Shown: positions 19,107 through 27,966 of the stretch, in pieces
Layout of the letters: every line of letters starts with the position of its first letter
How positions within the stretch are numbered: the stretch's first letter is position 1
Assembly: GCA_036160735.1 (NCBI GenBank)
Contig: JAYYDR010000051.1
Coordinates: 10,830 to 74,829 of the forward strand
DNA from: Thermoplasmatota archaeon
GTDB lineage: Archaea; Thermoplasmatota; Poseidoniia; Poseidoniales; Poseidoniaceae
Reading direction: 5' to 3'
Length of the DNA stretch: 64,000 nt
Notes under the pieces: generated by a model
What the model was told of the DNA's origin: nothing
The model's input: only the letters and a program-made list of their open reading frames with translations
Databases searched by the model: none
Translations under genes and position numbers: made by a program

Positions 19107-21383
19107 TCATTGTTGTTGAAAGCGTCGGTGTAATTCGATATGAATGTCCAAATCATGTTTTGTTTCCAAAGGCACCATAGGAACTGAATTTTTGAAAAGC
19201 CATCCTGCGAATGGATGAGTTATCCCTAATGATGGATTGACACCCTGCTCTTTAGCAGTGATACCCATTAGTGAATCAGTTAGGTAATCCCTGCCAACAC
19301 CATCAGGCATATGGTGAACAAGTGCTAGGTCTTCGGAGGAGATTTCCTTCTTGCTAAGTATTACTGGCCATGGAATTTCAAGCGAAGATAGCGCTGTTCT
19401 GCCAATTGAGGAAGCCAAACAGTTCAGGAGCCAAGTTTCTGATTTATGCTGCCAAAGCGAATAATGAACATCTTCCATTACTGCAAGCATTTGCGTTCTG
19501 TCTAGAACATTGTCCTCTAGCAATAACTTGTGTTGTGGACAAGCTGATGCTATTTTGGCGATTTCCCTCTCTCCCCAATTTTTCCTAATTACCTCACTGG
19601 CCCTCAGTGGTTGCTCAAGCCAGGTATCAATAACATCGGGCAAATCTTCAATCCACTCACGACTTAGAAGAATTGCTGTTGCAATAGAAGGCTTGTTCGT
19701 AATTCTAGCAAGATTTGACAAGGGGTGCTCTCTTAATCGGTCAATAAGAATCGACAATGCTGTATCATCGTGCATGGCTAGACTGGAGAGGTCCTCATCT
19801 GCAAATGTGGTCAAATCAGCCAAACCAGCCCAAATTGGATCTATCGAATCTCCAACTCTCCTCCACCTCGAAGGTTGAGACTGTTTGCTTGTTGCTATCC
19901 AAGATGCAAGGGGATATTCACGCTCATGCCTGTCTGCCCACACATCATCGCCTTCCAATAATTGGCACGCTAACCATATGGCTTCTCTCGAATTCTCTGC
20001 ATTTTTTACACTGGTCAAACTACCCCGAATTAATTCCTCAGGGGTTTCGGGAGCCTGCCAATTTGTAGGCATCATCGAATCACGAGAAACTGTGATTGGA
20101 ATATTGATTCGGCCTGGAATTTCGAGATTGAATTTTCCGGACGTATCACTTGAAGTCAACTTCAATGGAATATCTAAACTAATCTCATTGCTAATTATGA
20201 CCCTACACCTGTTGTCTGCACCTAGCCTATCCAAAGCTTCGACATACTTCCATCTCCAATCCAAGATAATTGGCGCTTCTATTTCTTCAATAGCAAACAA
20301 CAAACACGCTTCTCCTGCTCTTTGTGAAAGATGTCTCGTATCGATCACCGAACCTATTTCATCCCCCCATTCTCTACCCGGGAAATCACTCAAAACCCTT
20401 CGCGTTAGAGCATTGCTTGACCTCGAATTAATGTCTTCAACCAATCGTGAGAATTTCAAATCTAGAGCTGAACTAGAAATCCTTGGATGAATTATTGAAA
20501 GCCAATATTTCAAAATAACGAACGGCAGAGGTTTGCTATTAACCCCAATCAAGTTACCATCGATAATTGAAACTGCATTCTCAGACATATTCGTAGCAAC
20601 TACCGACCTATCCAAACTACGACCCAGAACAGCTTGAATTGCACCACGTGGTTTTACTGGAGGCCCTGAATTACCCGCCCTACCAATTACATAATCTCCA
20701 TCTTGGAGGATTTGTGGTAACTCTGGCCAAAATCCAGAGGGCAATGGTGAGAACCAACTTCCCACGCTCACCGGCCAAGGATTTGCTTCATCTAGTAGCC
20801 TAGCACGGACTAATCCCATCACTTTAGGTCTCTCCATCCATGCTGTGAGCGTGGTGGGACTAGACTGAGTTGGAGCAGATGTTCTTCTCAATGTTTCAAT
20901 ATTCCACCATATCGGCCCATCTTCTCTTTGAACAGCCCATCGCCACCTTTCAGACTCCCCTTCATTTCCATTGGAATTTAGGAGTACTCCGCTAGCCTCA
21001 TCCATTGGCCTATCTGGTATGCCTAAGAGTGGGCCTGCTGGCTGAGATGCGTAACCAAGTAACATCATTGGACCATCTCTTGCAAGTACGATTCCTGCAG
21101 CACCTGGAGGGGGGGGCCATTGTACTAATTCTTTCATTCTAGCAAGTCCATCAGACTCCAATCTAGCTAGACCTTGAGACGATAAGCGGTATCTTGAACC
21201 ACGGATATTTGTTTGATCTCTTACTACGTCACCCGATTCTCTTAACTTCTTCAAGGCTGCTGAAGCGTGAGGAACTCTGATCTTCAACGCAGCAGAAACC
21301 TCAGTTACCGTTCCTCCGCCATCCGCTAACCAATCCAAAACCCTGCGTTGGTGCGTGGAACGAATACGGTTAGTTCGCACCAT
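19107..21383 (-). CDS. Large hypothetical protein with an N-terminal winged helix-turn-helix
   Basis: VLDWLADGGGTVTEVSAALKIRVPHASAALKKLRESGDV...RYRLS is an ArsR/MarR-like wHTH. The remainder is Trp-rich and unrecognised. Confidence 0.75.
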   Translation of the reverse strand: MVRTNRIRSTHQRRVLDWLADGGGTVTEVSAALKIRVPHASAALKKLRESGDVVRDQTNIRGSRYRLSSQGLARLESDGLARMKELVQWPPPPGAAGIVLARDGPMMLLGYASQPAGPLLGIPDRPMDEASGVLLNSNGNEGESERWRWAVQREDGPIWWNIETLRRTSAPTQSSPTTLTAWMERPKVMGLVRARLLDEANPWPVSVGSWFSPLPSGFWPELPQILQDGDYVIGRAGNSGPPVKPRGAIQAVLGRSLDRSVVATNMSENAVSIIDGNLIGVNSKPLPFVILKYWLSIIHPRISSSALDLKFSRLVEDINSRSSNALTRRVLSDFPGREWGDEIGSVIDTRHLSQRAGEACLLFAIEEIEAPIILDWRWKYVEALDRLGADNRCRVIISNEISLDIPLKLTSSDTSGKFNLEIPGRINIPITVSRDSMMPTNWQAPETPEELIRGSLTSVKNAENSREAIWLACQLLEGDDVWADRHEREYPLASWIATSKQSQPSRWRRVGDSIDPIWAGLADLTTFADEDLSSLAMHDDTALSILIDRLREHPLSNLARITNKPSIATAILLSREWIEDLPDVIDTWLEQPLRASEVIRKNWGEREIAKIASACPQHKLLLEDNVLDRTQMLAVMEDVHYSLWQHKSETWLLNCLASSIGRTALSSLEIPWPVILSKKEISSEDLALVHHMPDGVGRDYLTDSLMGITAKEQGVNPSLGITHPFAGWLFKNSVPMVPLETKHDLDIHIELHRRFQQQ

Positions 21384-21653
21384 TGTCACCAGAATACTCC
21401 AAAAATAGCGACAATATCAATATTTTTACTTACAAAGCAATAATTAGTTACATTTTGTTACACATTTCCACTGGAGAATGGTTTTTTTGAATTCGGTTTA
21501 ACAACAAAACTACTTTTTCACCAAATTTTCACGGTAGTTAGTGTAACTTCAACAGTGATGTCGGAGGAACGGTTATATGGGCTGCTTCGCTCCTCCTAAA
21601 TAACGGCCCAAATCTTTGACGGAAACGGCCGGATGACAAGGAGGAGAATGCAA

Positions 21654-21980
21654 ATGAAAACAGTAAGAATACGTGAAAAAATCAAGAAGTTCCTGGGCGA
21701 TCGGCCACGCAACACGGCTGAAATCTTGGAGCACATTAACAGCACCATGAGACACGGCACTACTAGTCAGCAACTCGGAAACGTCCTCTCAAAAGACAAG
21801 GACATTGTCAAGGTAGGATACATTAAGCGCTCCGGCATTCTCTCTGGCGGATACGACATTTGCGAATGGGCCACAAGAACATGGGTCTCTGACAACTGCC
21901 CTGGTTGGGAAGAAGGACAACCTCTAATCATCGATTCTGAAGGAAACGTCCAGACCAACGATCTTATCAGAAGAAACTGA
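21654..21980 (+). CDS. DUF3860-family putative nucleic-acid-binding protein
   Basis: MKTVRIREKIKKFLGDRPRNTAEILEHINSTMRHGTTSQQLGNVLSK recognised from memory as the marine DUF3860 family. GGAGGAG RBS lies 7 nt before ATG 21654. Confidence 0.8.
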   Translation: MKTVRIREKIKKFLGDRPRNTAEILEHINSTMRHGTTSQQLGNVLSKDKDIVKVGYIKRSGILSGGYDICEWATRTWVSDNCPGWEEGQPLIIDSEGNVQTNDLIRRN

Positions 21981-21985
21981 TTAGC

Positions 21986-22084
21986 ATGAGTTGGGTTAAG
22001 CGGATGACGGATGCTACCGTCTGCATGTTCTGTGGCGGCCTCGTAGTAGGCTGCCTTTGCACAGAGTGTGGAATGGTACAGTAA
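21986..22084 (+). CDS. Zinc-finger microprotein (32 aa)
   Basis: MSWVKRMTDATVCMFCGGLVVGCLCTECGMVQ* has two CxxCG knuckles and starts 5 nt after the DUF3860 stop. It is below the ORF-track cutoff. Confidence 0.65.
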   Translation: MSWVKRMTDATVCMFCGGLVVGCLCTECGMVQ

Positions 22085-22193
22085 ACCTAGTCCAAACTAA
22101 TTTTTCCACTTGTTTATTCATTGCGAAACGCGCATCGACTTCCATTACCAGTCTAGTCACTAGGGCGTAATATGCCATTATTCGTTGAAAGAA

Positions 22194-23123
22194 TCACTGA
22201 CCATTGTAAATTGCAAGAGCTTCTTCAAGCCCTGCGCCATCACAAATGACTGCCTTACATGCAGCAGTCATTCTAACTGCTTCCTCCGTGGTCTTTTGGT
22301 GAATATTCCTTCCAGTTGCTGCTCCTCTACATCCGGAGATTTGCATTTGGTCAACCAAGCGCCCCAAGAATTCCTCTGGAGGGAGTGATCCACCGCCTGA
22401 GCAGATGATTCCGCAGCGGCCTGCAGCTTCTGCAGCAATTCCAAGGCTTTCGGGTTGAGTCATACCCTCAAATGCTCTAGGATAGTTGACCTTAGCAAAG
22501 TCTGCGCCAATACATGCCGCTACACCAGCTGCACCTGAGATTAATTGTGGGTCCTTTTCATCAGAAACCGCTTGTCCTCTTGGGTACATCCAGACAACTG
22601 CAATCATTCCAAGTTCGTGTGCTTGTCGAATGAAAGTGCAGGCTTCAGTAAGCATGTCATGCTCATACTCTGAACCAATGTAAACTGTGTATCCGATTCC
22701 GACAACATTGATTCCGTTGTGCAACAGTGCTGAAACATCGTCCAAATCCCATAGTGCTTGAGAAACAGGATCTCTTTGTGAAGTCTTTACCATGTGTGAT
22801 TTAGAATTTAGCTTGACCAAGTATGGAATATCAGGGTAATCTCTTGCGTATTGGGCTATGAGACCAAGTTGACCTGCTAGTACACCGATTGTTCCTTCTT
22901 CATGGGCCCTTGCTCCGATTTCGAAAAGGTGGGCTGGGTCATTTGATGACAGAGGGATTTTGTTTCCTCCATCGTAGAAATCATCATTCAAATGCTCAAT
23001 CTTTTGGTCACAGGCAAACAAATTCATCCTGCCTGTTCCGCAAGTTGCTGCATCCATATTGTCGATGAAAGTCTCGATAAGTTCGTCAGGAACGTCTGCT
23101 GGGACAGGATATTTGGTCGCCAT
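22194..23123 (-). CDS. Class I fructose-bisphosphate aldolase (DhnA/FbaB family)
   Basis: ACDQKIEH, LVKLNSK, GYTVYIGSEYE, WMYPRG, GADFAKVNYP (Schiff-base Lys) and GRNIHQ motifs. Confidence 0.85.
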   Translation of the reverse strand: MATKYPVPADVPDELIETFIDNMDAATCGTGRMNLFACDQKIEHLNDDFYDGGNKIPLSSNDPAHLFEIGARAHEEGTIGVLAGQLGLIAQYARDYPDIPYLVKLNSKSHMVKTSQRDPVSQALWDLDDVSALLHNGINVVGIGYTVYIGSEYEHDMLTEACTFIRQAHELGMIAVVWMYPRGQAVSDEKDPQLISGAAGVAACIGADFAKVNYPRAFEGMTQPESLGIAAEAAGRCGIICSGGGSLPPEEFLGRLVDQMQISGCRGAATGRNIHQKTTEEAVRMTAACKAVICDGAGLEEALAIYNGQ

Positions 23124-23228
23124 TAAATCGTCCACTTTCCTTTAGGACTTCAAAACATCGTTCGCTAATTGTACCCAAAACACTCAGTTTTGCAAAAACT
23201 AAGTGTATTTTATGTGTAAATTGCGAGT

Positions 23229-24092
23229 TCATTGTCCTTCAAATGAAGGTACTCTCTTCTCGACATATGCTGCGATTCCTTCCTTAGCATCGCTGCTCCC
23301 GAATAGAGCAGCCTGAAGCTCACGCTCGAGAGCCAAGTGGTACTCGAATGGAATCTCAGGTCCAGTCTGGCAAGAACGCTTGATGTTTCCAACAGCCTTT
23401 GTTGCCTTGTTTGGTAGAGTGAATTGGCTTGCCCAATCTAAAACGTCACGGCGGAAGTCATCTGCATCTCCTTCCCAAAGGTGATTGATTAAGTTGCAGT
23501 CAAGTGCATCTTCGAATGACATCAATTCACCAGTGACCATCATCTCCAGTGCCTTTGCCTTCCCAATAAGGCGAGTAAGGCGAGCTGTTCCACCAGTACC
23601 TGCTAGAACACCTAGGTTGATTTCTGGAAGACCGACCTTTCCTGAGTTCTTTCTTGCGATTCTAATGTCTGCTGCCATTGCGATTTCTAGACCGCCACCA
23701 ACAGCGTGACCGTTCATTGCACAAATTACCAACTTGGTAGTTTGCTCGAAGCGAGACAGTGTCTCGTTGGCATGGAGACAGAAGTTGTACTTGAACCCTG
23801 GAGAAACGCTGTTCAGCATCTGAATAGATGCACCTGCAGAGAAGAACTTGGAACCGTGACCTGTGATCACAATTACAGTTACATCGTCATCGAAACGTGC
23901 CTTGATAATTGCAGAGTCGATATCTCTCATCATTTCGTGAGTGTATGTGTTTGGACCCATTGCGTCTCCTTCCAGAGGAGCACCTGCTGAGTCTGAAGCT
24001 AGTTCAATGACTGCGATACCATTGTCTGTGGTTCCGTAGTTGACTAGACGGTTTGGCATTGGTTCTAATTTGAGTCCGTATAGGTCGCTCAT
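23229..24092 (-). CDS. Crotonase-family enzyme resembling the N-terminal half of BoxC (epoxybenzoyl-CoA dihydrolase)
   Basis: Crotonase motifs NGHAVGGGLE and GLPEINLGVLAGTGG. FSAGASIQML...FKYNFCLHANET parallels the BoxC segment as recalled (FCSGANIxML...KVNFCKFTNET). Confidence 0.7.
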   Translation of the reverse strand: MSDLYGLKLEPMPNRLVNYGTTDNGIAVIELASDSAGAPLEGDAMGPNTYTHEMMRDIDSAIIKARFDDDVTVIVITGHGSKFFSAGASIQMLNSVSPGFKYNFCLHANETLSRFEQTTKLVICAMNGHAVGGGLEIAMAADIRIARKNSGKVGLPEINLGVLAGTGGTARLTRLIGKAKALEMMVTGELMSFEDALDCNLINHLWEGDADDFRRDVLDWASQFTLPNKATKAVGNIKRSCQTGPEIPFEYHLALERELQAALFGSSDAKEGIAAYVEKRVPSFEGQ

Positions 24093-24122
24093 GGTTCACT
24101 CCAAACGGGTCCGCTTAATGAG

Positions 24123-25355
24123 TCAATCGCTACTCTCGCTGAACGAAGTCTTTCCACCCGAACGGCGTTTTTTGTCCCACCTATCCGCGACAGATTTCGC
24201 TTCATCAGACATTTCCCAGAGGTCCCTTTTCTTTGCCTTCCTAAACGGTAGACGCCTAACTCCTCTACCCATTGCCTTAGGGTCTGATTTCAGCATGAAT
24301 GGATTGACAATAACGTAGAGGAGAGATTTGTACCACTTGGGGCGGAATAATTTACCAATCCAAATTAATCCATCATTACGCTTCTTTTGGTCCTTCATCC
24401 ATGCTTTACACATGTACTTGAAAGTGCGATCTCCTACTCTATTCATCAAAAAACGATTGGCTACGGAAGTTTTCACATATGGCATCAATTGCTTTCGAAC
24501 TTCGGTTTCATAATCGCAATTTCCAAGAATATCTTGTGCTGCAAGGTATCCTGACCAAACCGCCATCCTCATTCCGAAGCCCCACATGAAGTCCTGCAGG
24601 CCACCTGACTCACCGACGTAATATCTTCCGTCTTGGAAGTAATTCTTGTTGATTGTAAAGTCACCTTTACCGCCAACTCTCTTGATAGGCTCCATATCTA
24701 TGTCCGGATAATGCCTCTGATACCAAGCAATTGTCTCGTTTAGGAACCTATCTGTTCCTCTTTGCTTTCTCCACAAACAGGTGCAAATCAAGCCAACTCC
24801 ATCGATGATTATCAGGTAAGAATACGAGCCAGGAGCCAACTTATCATTCATTTGAAAGGCAATGTGATTTGGATGCTTAGTCTTGAATATTTCACCATAA
24901 GCAACCGCACTTGTACCCTTAGGACCGCAAGCGATAATCTGACAGTCTTCTTCCTTGACTTTGCTCTTGTAGTGAAGATTTGCGCCGGCTGCAATAGCCA
25001 TTCGCTTGAAACCTTGGTCGATTGTATGTTCGGAAGTTCCCCTCTCTACAATTCTGTAAGCGACCTTCGGAGAGTAGGTTTTGCTGATTTCATCATCCGG
25101 GTGAATTAGGTCCACTTCCTTGAATTCTGTGGCTTTGAACTCGCTCGGGTCGTACCCCCATTCTACTAATTGGTCGAAGAAATCCGCATCCATAGACCAG
25201 TTTTCCAATGCTTGGAAATCTCCATCAAAACGTTGACCGGAGTCTTCTCTAACGTCGTGGACATGGACTTCTATGCCTGCTTCAGCAAGAGTTGTCGCAG
25301 CAGCTAAACCAGACAAACCTGCGCCCATGATGTGGATGGGGCCTGCCTGTGCCAT
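24123..25355 (-). CDS. FAD-dependent oxidoreductase (geranylgeranyl reductase-like)
   Basis: GAGLSGL Rossmann motif, APGSYSY and VGESGGLQDFMWGFGM second FAD motif. Confidence 0.75.
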   Translation of the reverse strand: MAQAGPIHIMGAGLSGLAAATTLAEAGIEVHVHDVREDSGQRFDGDFQALENWSMDADFFDQLVEWGYDPSEFKATEFKEVDLIHPDDEISKTYSPKVAYRIVERGTSEHTIDQGFKRMAIAAGANLHYKSKVKEEDCQIIACGPKGTSAVAYGEIFKTKHPNHIAFQMNDKLAPGSYSYLIIIDGVGLICTCLWRKQRGTDRFLNETIAWYQRHYPDIDMEPIKRVGGKGDFTINKNYFQDGRYYVGESGGLQDFMWGFGMRMAVWSGYLAAQDILGNCDYETEVRKQLMPYVKTSVANRFLMNRVGDRTFKYMCKAWMKDQKKRNDGLIWIGKLFRPKWYKSLLYVIVNPFMLKSDPKAMGRGVRRLPFRKAKKRDLWEMSDEAKSVADRWDKKRRSGGKTSFSESSD

Positions 25356-25407
25356 GGCATCCCATGAGTGTGGATGGTTTCAAGGATGCGGCGCACCTCG
25401 CAGTAAC

Positions 25408-25833
25408 ATGCAGGAGCATATCTTCATTCAAGAGGCTCCTAAATCATTAGACGTGGACAAACTCAGAAGTATGTTACACACAGAAGGCTGTGGTGCAATT
25501 GTTTCCTTCATTGGAATCACTAGAGGAATAGATGAGGGAGAAGAAGTTCTCCGCTTGGAGTTCGACGCATGGCAAGAAAAGTTGTCAGAAACATTGTATG
25601 GTTTAGCAAAAGATGCGATGTCAAAGTTCGGCTTACATTCCATAGCCATGGCCCACCGCACTGGTTCGGTAGGCCCTAGTGAAAACATAGTTGCAATTCA
25701 TGTTGCTAGCCCACATAGGAAGGAAGCCTTTGAAGGATGCTCGTGGTTGATTGACGAGTTGAAAATGCAAGCGCCATTATGGAAGAAAGAAGTCAAACCA
25801 AGTGGTGAAACTTGGAAAGCAGGATTGGGGTGA
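25408..25833 (+). CDS. moaE: Molybdopterin synthase catalytic subunit
   Basis: GAIVSFIGITR, HRTG, SPHRKEAF and LKMQAPLWKKE motifs. Start moved to ATG 25408. Confidence 0.9.
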   Translation: MQEHIFIQEAPKSLDVDKLRSMLHTEGCGAIVSFIGITRGIDEGEEVLRLEFDAWQEKLSETLYGLAKDAMSKFGLHSIAMAHRTGSVGPSENIVAIHVASPHRKEAFEGCSWLIDELKMQAPLWKKEVKPSGETWKAGLG

Positions 25834-25837
25834 TTAA

Positions 25838-26287
25838 ATGGAAAAAAGCATACAGGGAGTTGTAGACATATCGGCTAAACCAGTCGTGCAAAGGAGAGCG
25901 ATAGCAACAGGCTTAGTGCAATTATCAGAGTCCTCTAAGGATGCAATAACAACCGGCTCAGTAAAGAAAGGAGACGTATTGGAGGCATCTACAATCGCTG
26001 CAATTCAAGCGGTTAAGGAAACACCTAGAATTATTCCTCATTGCCATCCAATCCCTCTCGAAGGCTGTAAAGTCGATTGGACTTGGGAAGGAAATTCACT
26101 CAGGTGTACAGTCGAAGTCAATGCTCATTACAAGACTGGAATTGAGATGGAGGCATTGACAGGAGTCTCAGCAGGCCTTCTATGCGCTCTTGACATGGTT
26201 AAATCATTAGAAAAAGACGCAAATGGACAATATCCAGAAACCAAAATCACAGACATAGTTGTCTTAGAAAAACACAAGGCGGATTAA
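25838..26287 (+). CDS. moaC: Cyclic pyranopterin monophosphate synthase
   Basis: VDISAK, KKGDVL, IIPHCHP, TGIEMEALT and DMVK motifs. Confidence 0.92.
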   Translation: MEKSIQGVVDISAKPVVQRRAIATGLVQLSESSKDAITTGSVKKGDVLEASTIAAIQAVKETPRIIPHCHPIPLEGCKVDWTWEGNSLRCTVEVNAHYKTGIEMEALTGVSAGLLCALDMVKSLEKDANGQYPETKITDIVVLEKHKAD

Positions 26288-26325
26288 GCGCTTTATTGAT
26301 GGAGGGGTTACTTATCGCAAACAAC

Positions 26326-27279
26326 ATGGCGAGAACCGCTGACCTAGCACATCATTTTTTGGAAGCGGTAGACCGAGCGGCAATTGCAAGTGCTGAATGG
26401 CGCGGTTTGGGTGACAAAAACGCTGCAGACGCTGCCGCTGTTGAAGCAATGAGAAAAACATTCGACAAAGTGCCATTCGATGGTAGAGTAGCAATCGGAG
26501 AAGGAGAAAGAGACGATGCCCCAATGCTATTCATTGGAGAGGAACTCGGAAACCAAATTGGGGTCGAGGGAGCACTCCAAATCGACATAGCGGTAGACCC
26601 GCTTGAATGTACAAACAACTGTGCAGATAATACCCCGAATTCGATCGCTGTTCTTGCTGCAGCCCCGAGAGGAACCCTACTTCACGCACCCGACTGTTAC
26701 ATGGACAAAATCGCGGCTGGCCCAGAACTTGCGGGACACATCAGTTTGGATGGAGGCGTGACTTACAACCTAGAACAAGCCGCAGACGTATTGGACAAGC
26801 CAATGTCAGAAGTCAAGGTTGTTGCTCTCGACAGGGAAAGGCACGCTGAATTATTCAATGAAGTCAGAGAAGCAGGCGCACAACTCCACTTGATGGGGGA
26901 CGGAGATATCTCTGCAGCGATTTGGGCTGCAAGACCTGATGGTCCATACGACATGCTACTGGGAATAGGCGCTGCACCTGAGGGAGTAATCACAGCAACA
27001 GCGATTCGTGGAATAGGTGGCGTTTTCGAAGGAAGGCTAGTTTTCCGCTCAGACGAAGAAGAGAAGAGAGCAGAGAAGATGGTCGATGATGATTTGACAA
27101 GACTTTGGGATGCAACAGACCTTTGTCGTTCTGATGATGCTATCTTCGCAGCATCTGGAGTTTGCGACGGGTATCTTCCGGGAGTTATCCTAAACGAAGA
27201 CAGCGTGCAAACGTTTGCTGAGTTAATCGACGTACAAACTGGAAAGGTGACTCGTCACGACCGAACCCATTCATTGTGA
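26326..27279 (+). CDS. glpX: Class II fructose-1,6-bisphosphatase
   Basis: GDKNAADAAAVEAMR, IGEGERDDAPML, DIAVDPLECT, YMDK and GIGAAPEGVI motifs. Confidence 0.9.
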   Translation: MARTADLAHHFLEAVDRAAIASAEWRGLGDKNAADAAAVEAMRKTFDKVPFDGRVAIGEGERDDAPMLFIGEELGNQIGVEGALQIDIAVDPLECTNNCADNTPNSIAVLAAAPRGTLLHAPDCYMDKIAAGPELAGHISLDGGVTYNLEQAADVLDKPMSEVKVVALDRERHAELFNEVREAGAQLHLMGDGDISAAIWAARPDGPYDMLLGIGAAPEGVITATAIRGIGGVFEGRLVFRSDEEEKRAEKMVDDDLTRLWDATDLCRSDDAIFAASGVCDGYLPGVILNEDSVQTFAELIDVQTGKVTRHDRTHSL

Positions 27280-27283
27280 TAGC

Positions 27284-27907
27284 ATGGTGAACCAACTCAG
27301 AATCGAAGTTCGCTTACCTGAAGGACACTGGTCTGGAGATGTATCTAGACAACGTCCCGAAGCGGTACTGCGAATCGAAGAAACGATGCCGCTGGGAAGA
27401 GGCAGAGGTACTGCAAAAATGTCTTCTTCCTGTGATATAGAGGATGAATTGATTTCACACCAGGGGGTAGATGATGTTCGAGACCTTGGTGGCAATCGCT
27501 ACGAGGTCGACATCGCGCCAAAGGGCGGTGGATACATCAAAGAAATCAGGGAAGTCGGTGTAATACCGCAATCTCCGTTCGAAGTGAGAGACGGTTGGGT
27601 CGATTGGACGATTGAATGCTCAGCTCAAAAAAGTAGAGAATTAGTTCAACTATTGAGGGAAGAAGGAACCCCATACAGAGTGGTCTCAACAAGAGCAACT
27701 GGTTCTAGAATGTTGACGCCAAAGCAAAGACTGATTTTTGATTCTGCTCTAAATGAGGGATACTGGGACACACCAAGACGTATTACCCTGAGTGATTTGG
27801 CCGAACTTCTAGGTTTGAGTAAATCCACCTTATCCGTACACCTCCACAAAATCGAGGGAATCGTTCTAAACGTGTTCGCAGAAGAGGTGCGTCGGAACTC
27901 ACCCTGA
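27284..27907 (+). CDS. Bat (bacterio-opsin activator)-type HTH_10 transcriptional regulator
   Basis: C-terminal LTPKQ...ALNEGYWDTPRRITLSDLAELLGLSKSTLSVHL. Confidence 0.9.
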   Translation: MVNQLRIEVRLPEGHWSGDVSRQRPEAVLRIEETMPLGRGRGTAKMSSSCDIEDELISHQGVDDVRDLGGNRYEVDIAPKGGGYIKEIREVGVIPQSPFEVRDGWVDWTIECSAQKSRELVQLLREEGTPYRVVSTRATGSRMLTPKQRLIFDSALNEGYWDTPRRITLSDLAELLGLSKSTLSVHLHKIEGIVLNVFAEEVRRNSP

Positions 27908-27943
27908 ACATGTTCGTGCGAACATGTTCGCAAATTCATGAAT
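27906..27943. promoter_or_regulatory. Tandem palindromic operator and TATA-like box upstream of the boxB-like gene
   Basis: GAACATGTTC at 27906-27915 and a perfect 16-bp TGCGAACATGTTCGCA at 27917-27932. ATTCATGAAT follows at 27934-27943, about 24-33 nt before ATG 27967. Confidence 0.65.
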
Positions 27944-27966
27944 AGTAGGAACCCTCTCCCCGGTCC

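Noticed and set aside
18796..19133. ORFs 18796..19095 and 18906..19133
   Set aside because: Atypical composition, no RBS or recognisable motif; better explained as shadows over a structured RNA.
23152..23165. AAACATCGTTCGC as a second copy of the boxB operator
   Set aside because: It needs an insertion, is not palindromic, and lies downstream of the BoxC-like gene; too weak.
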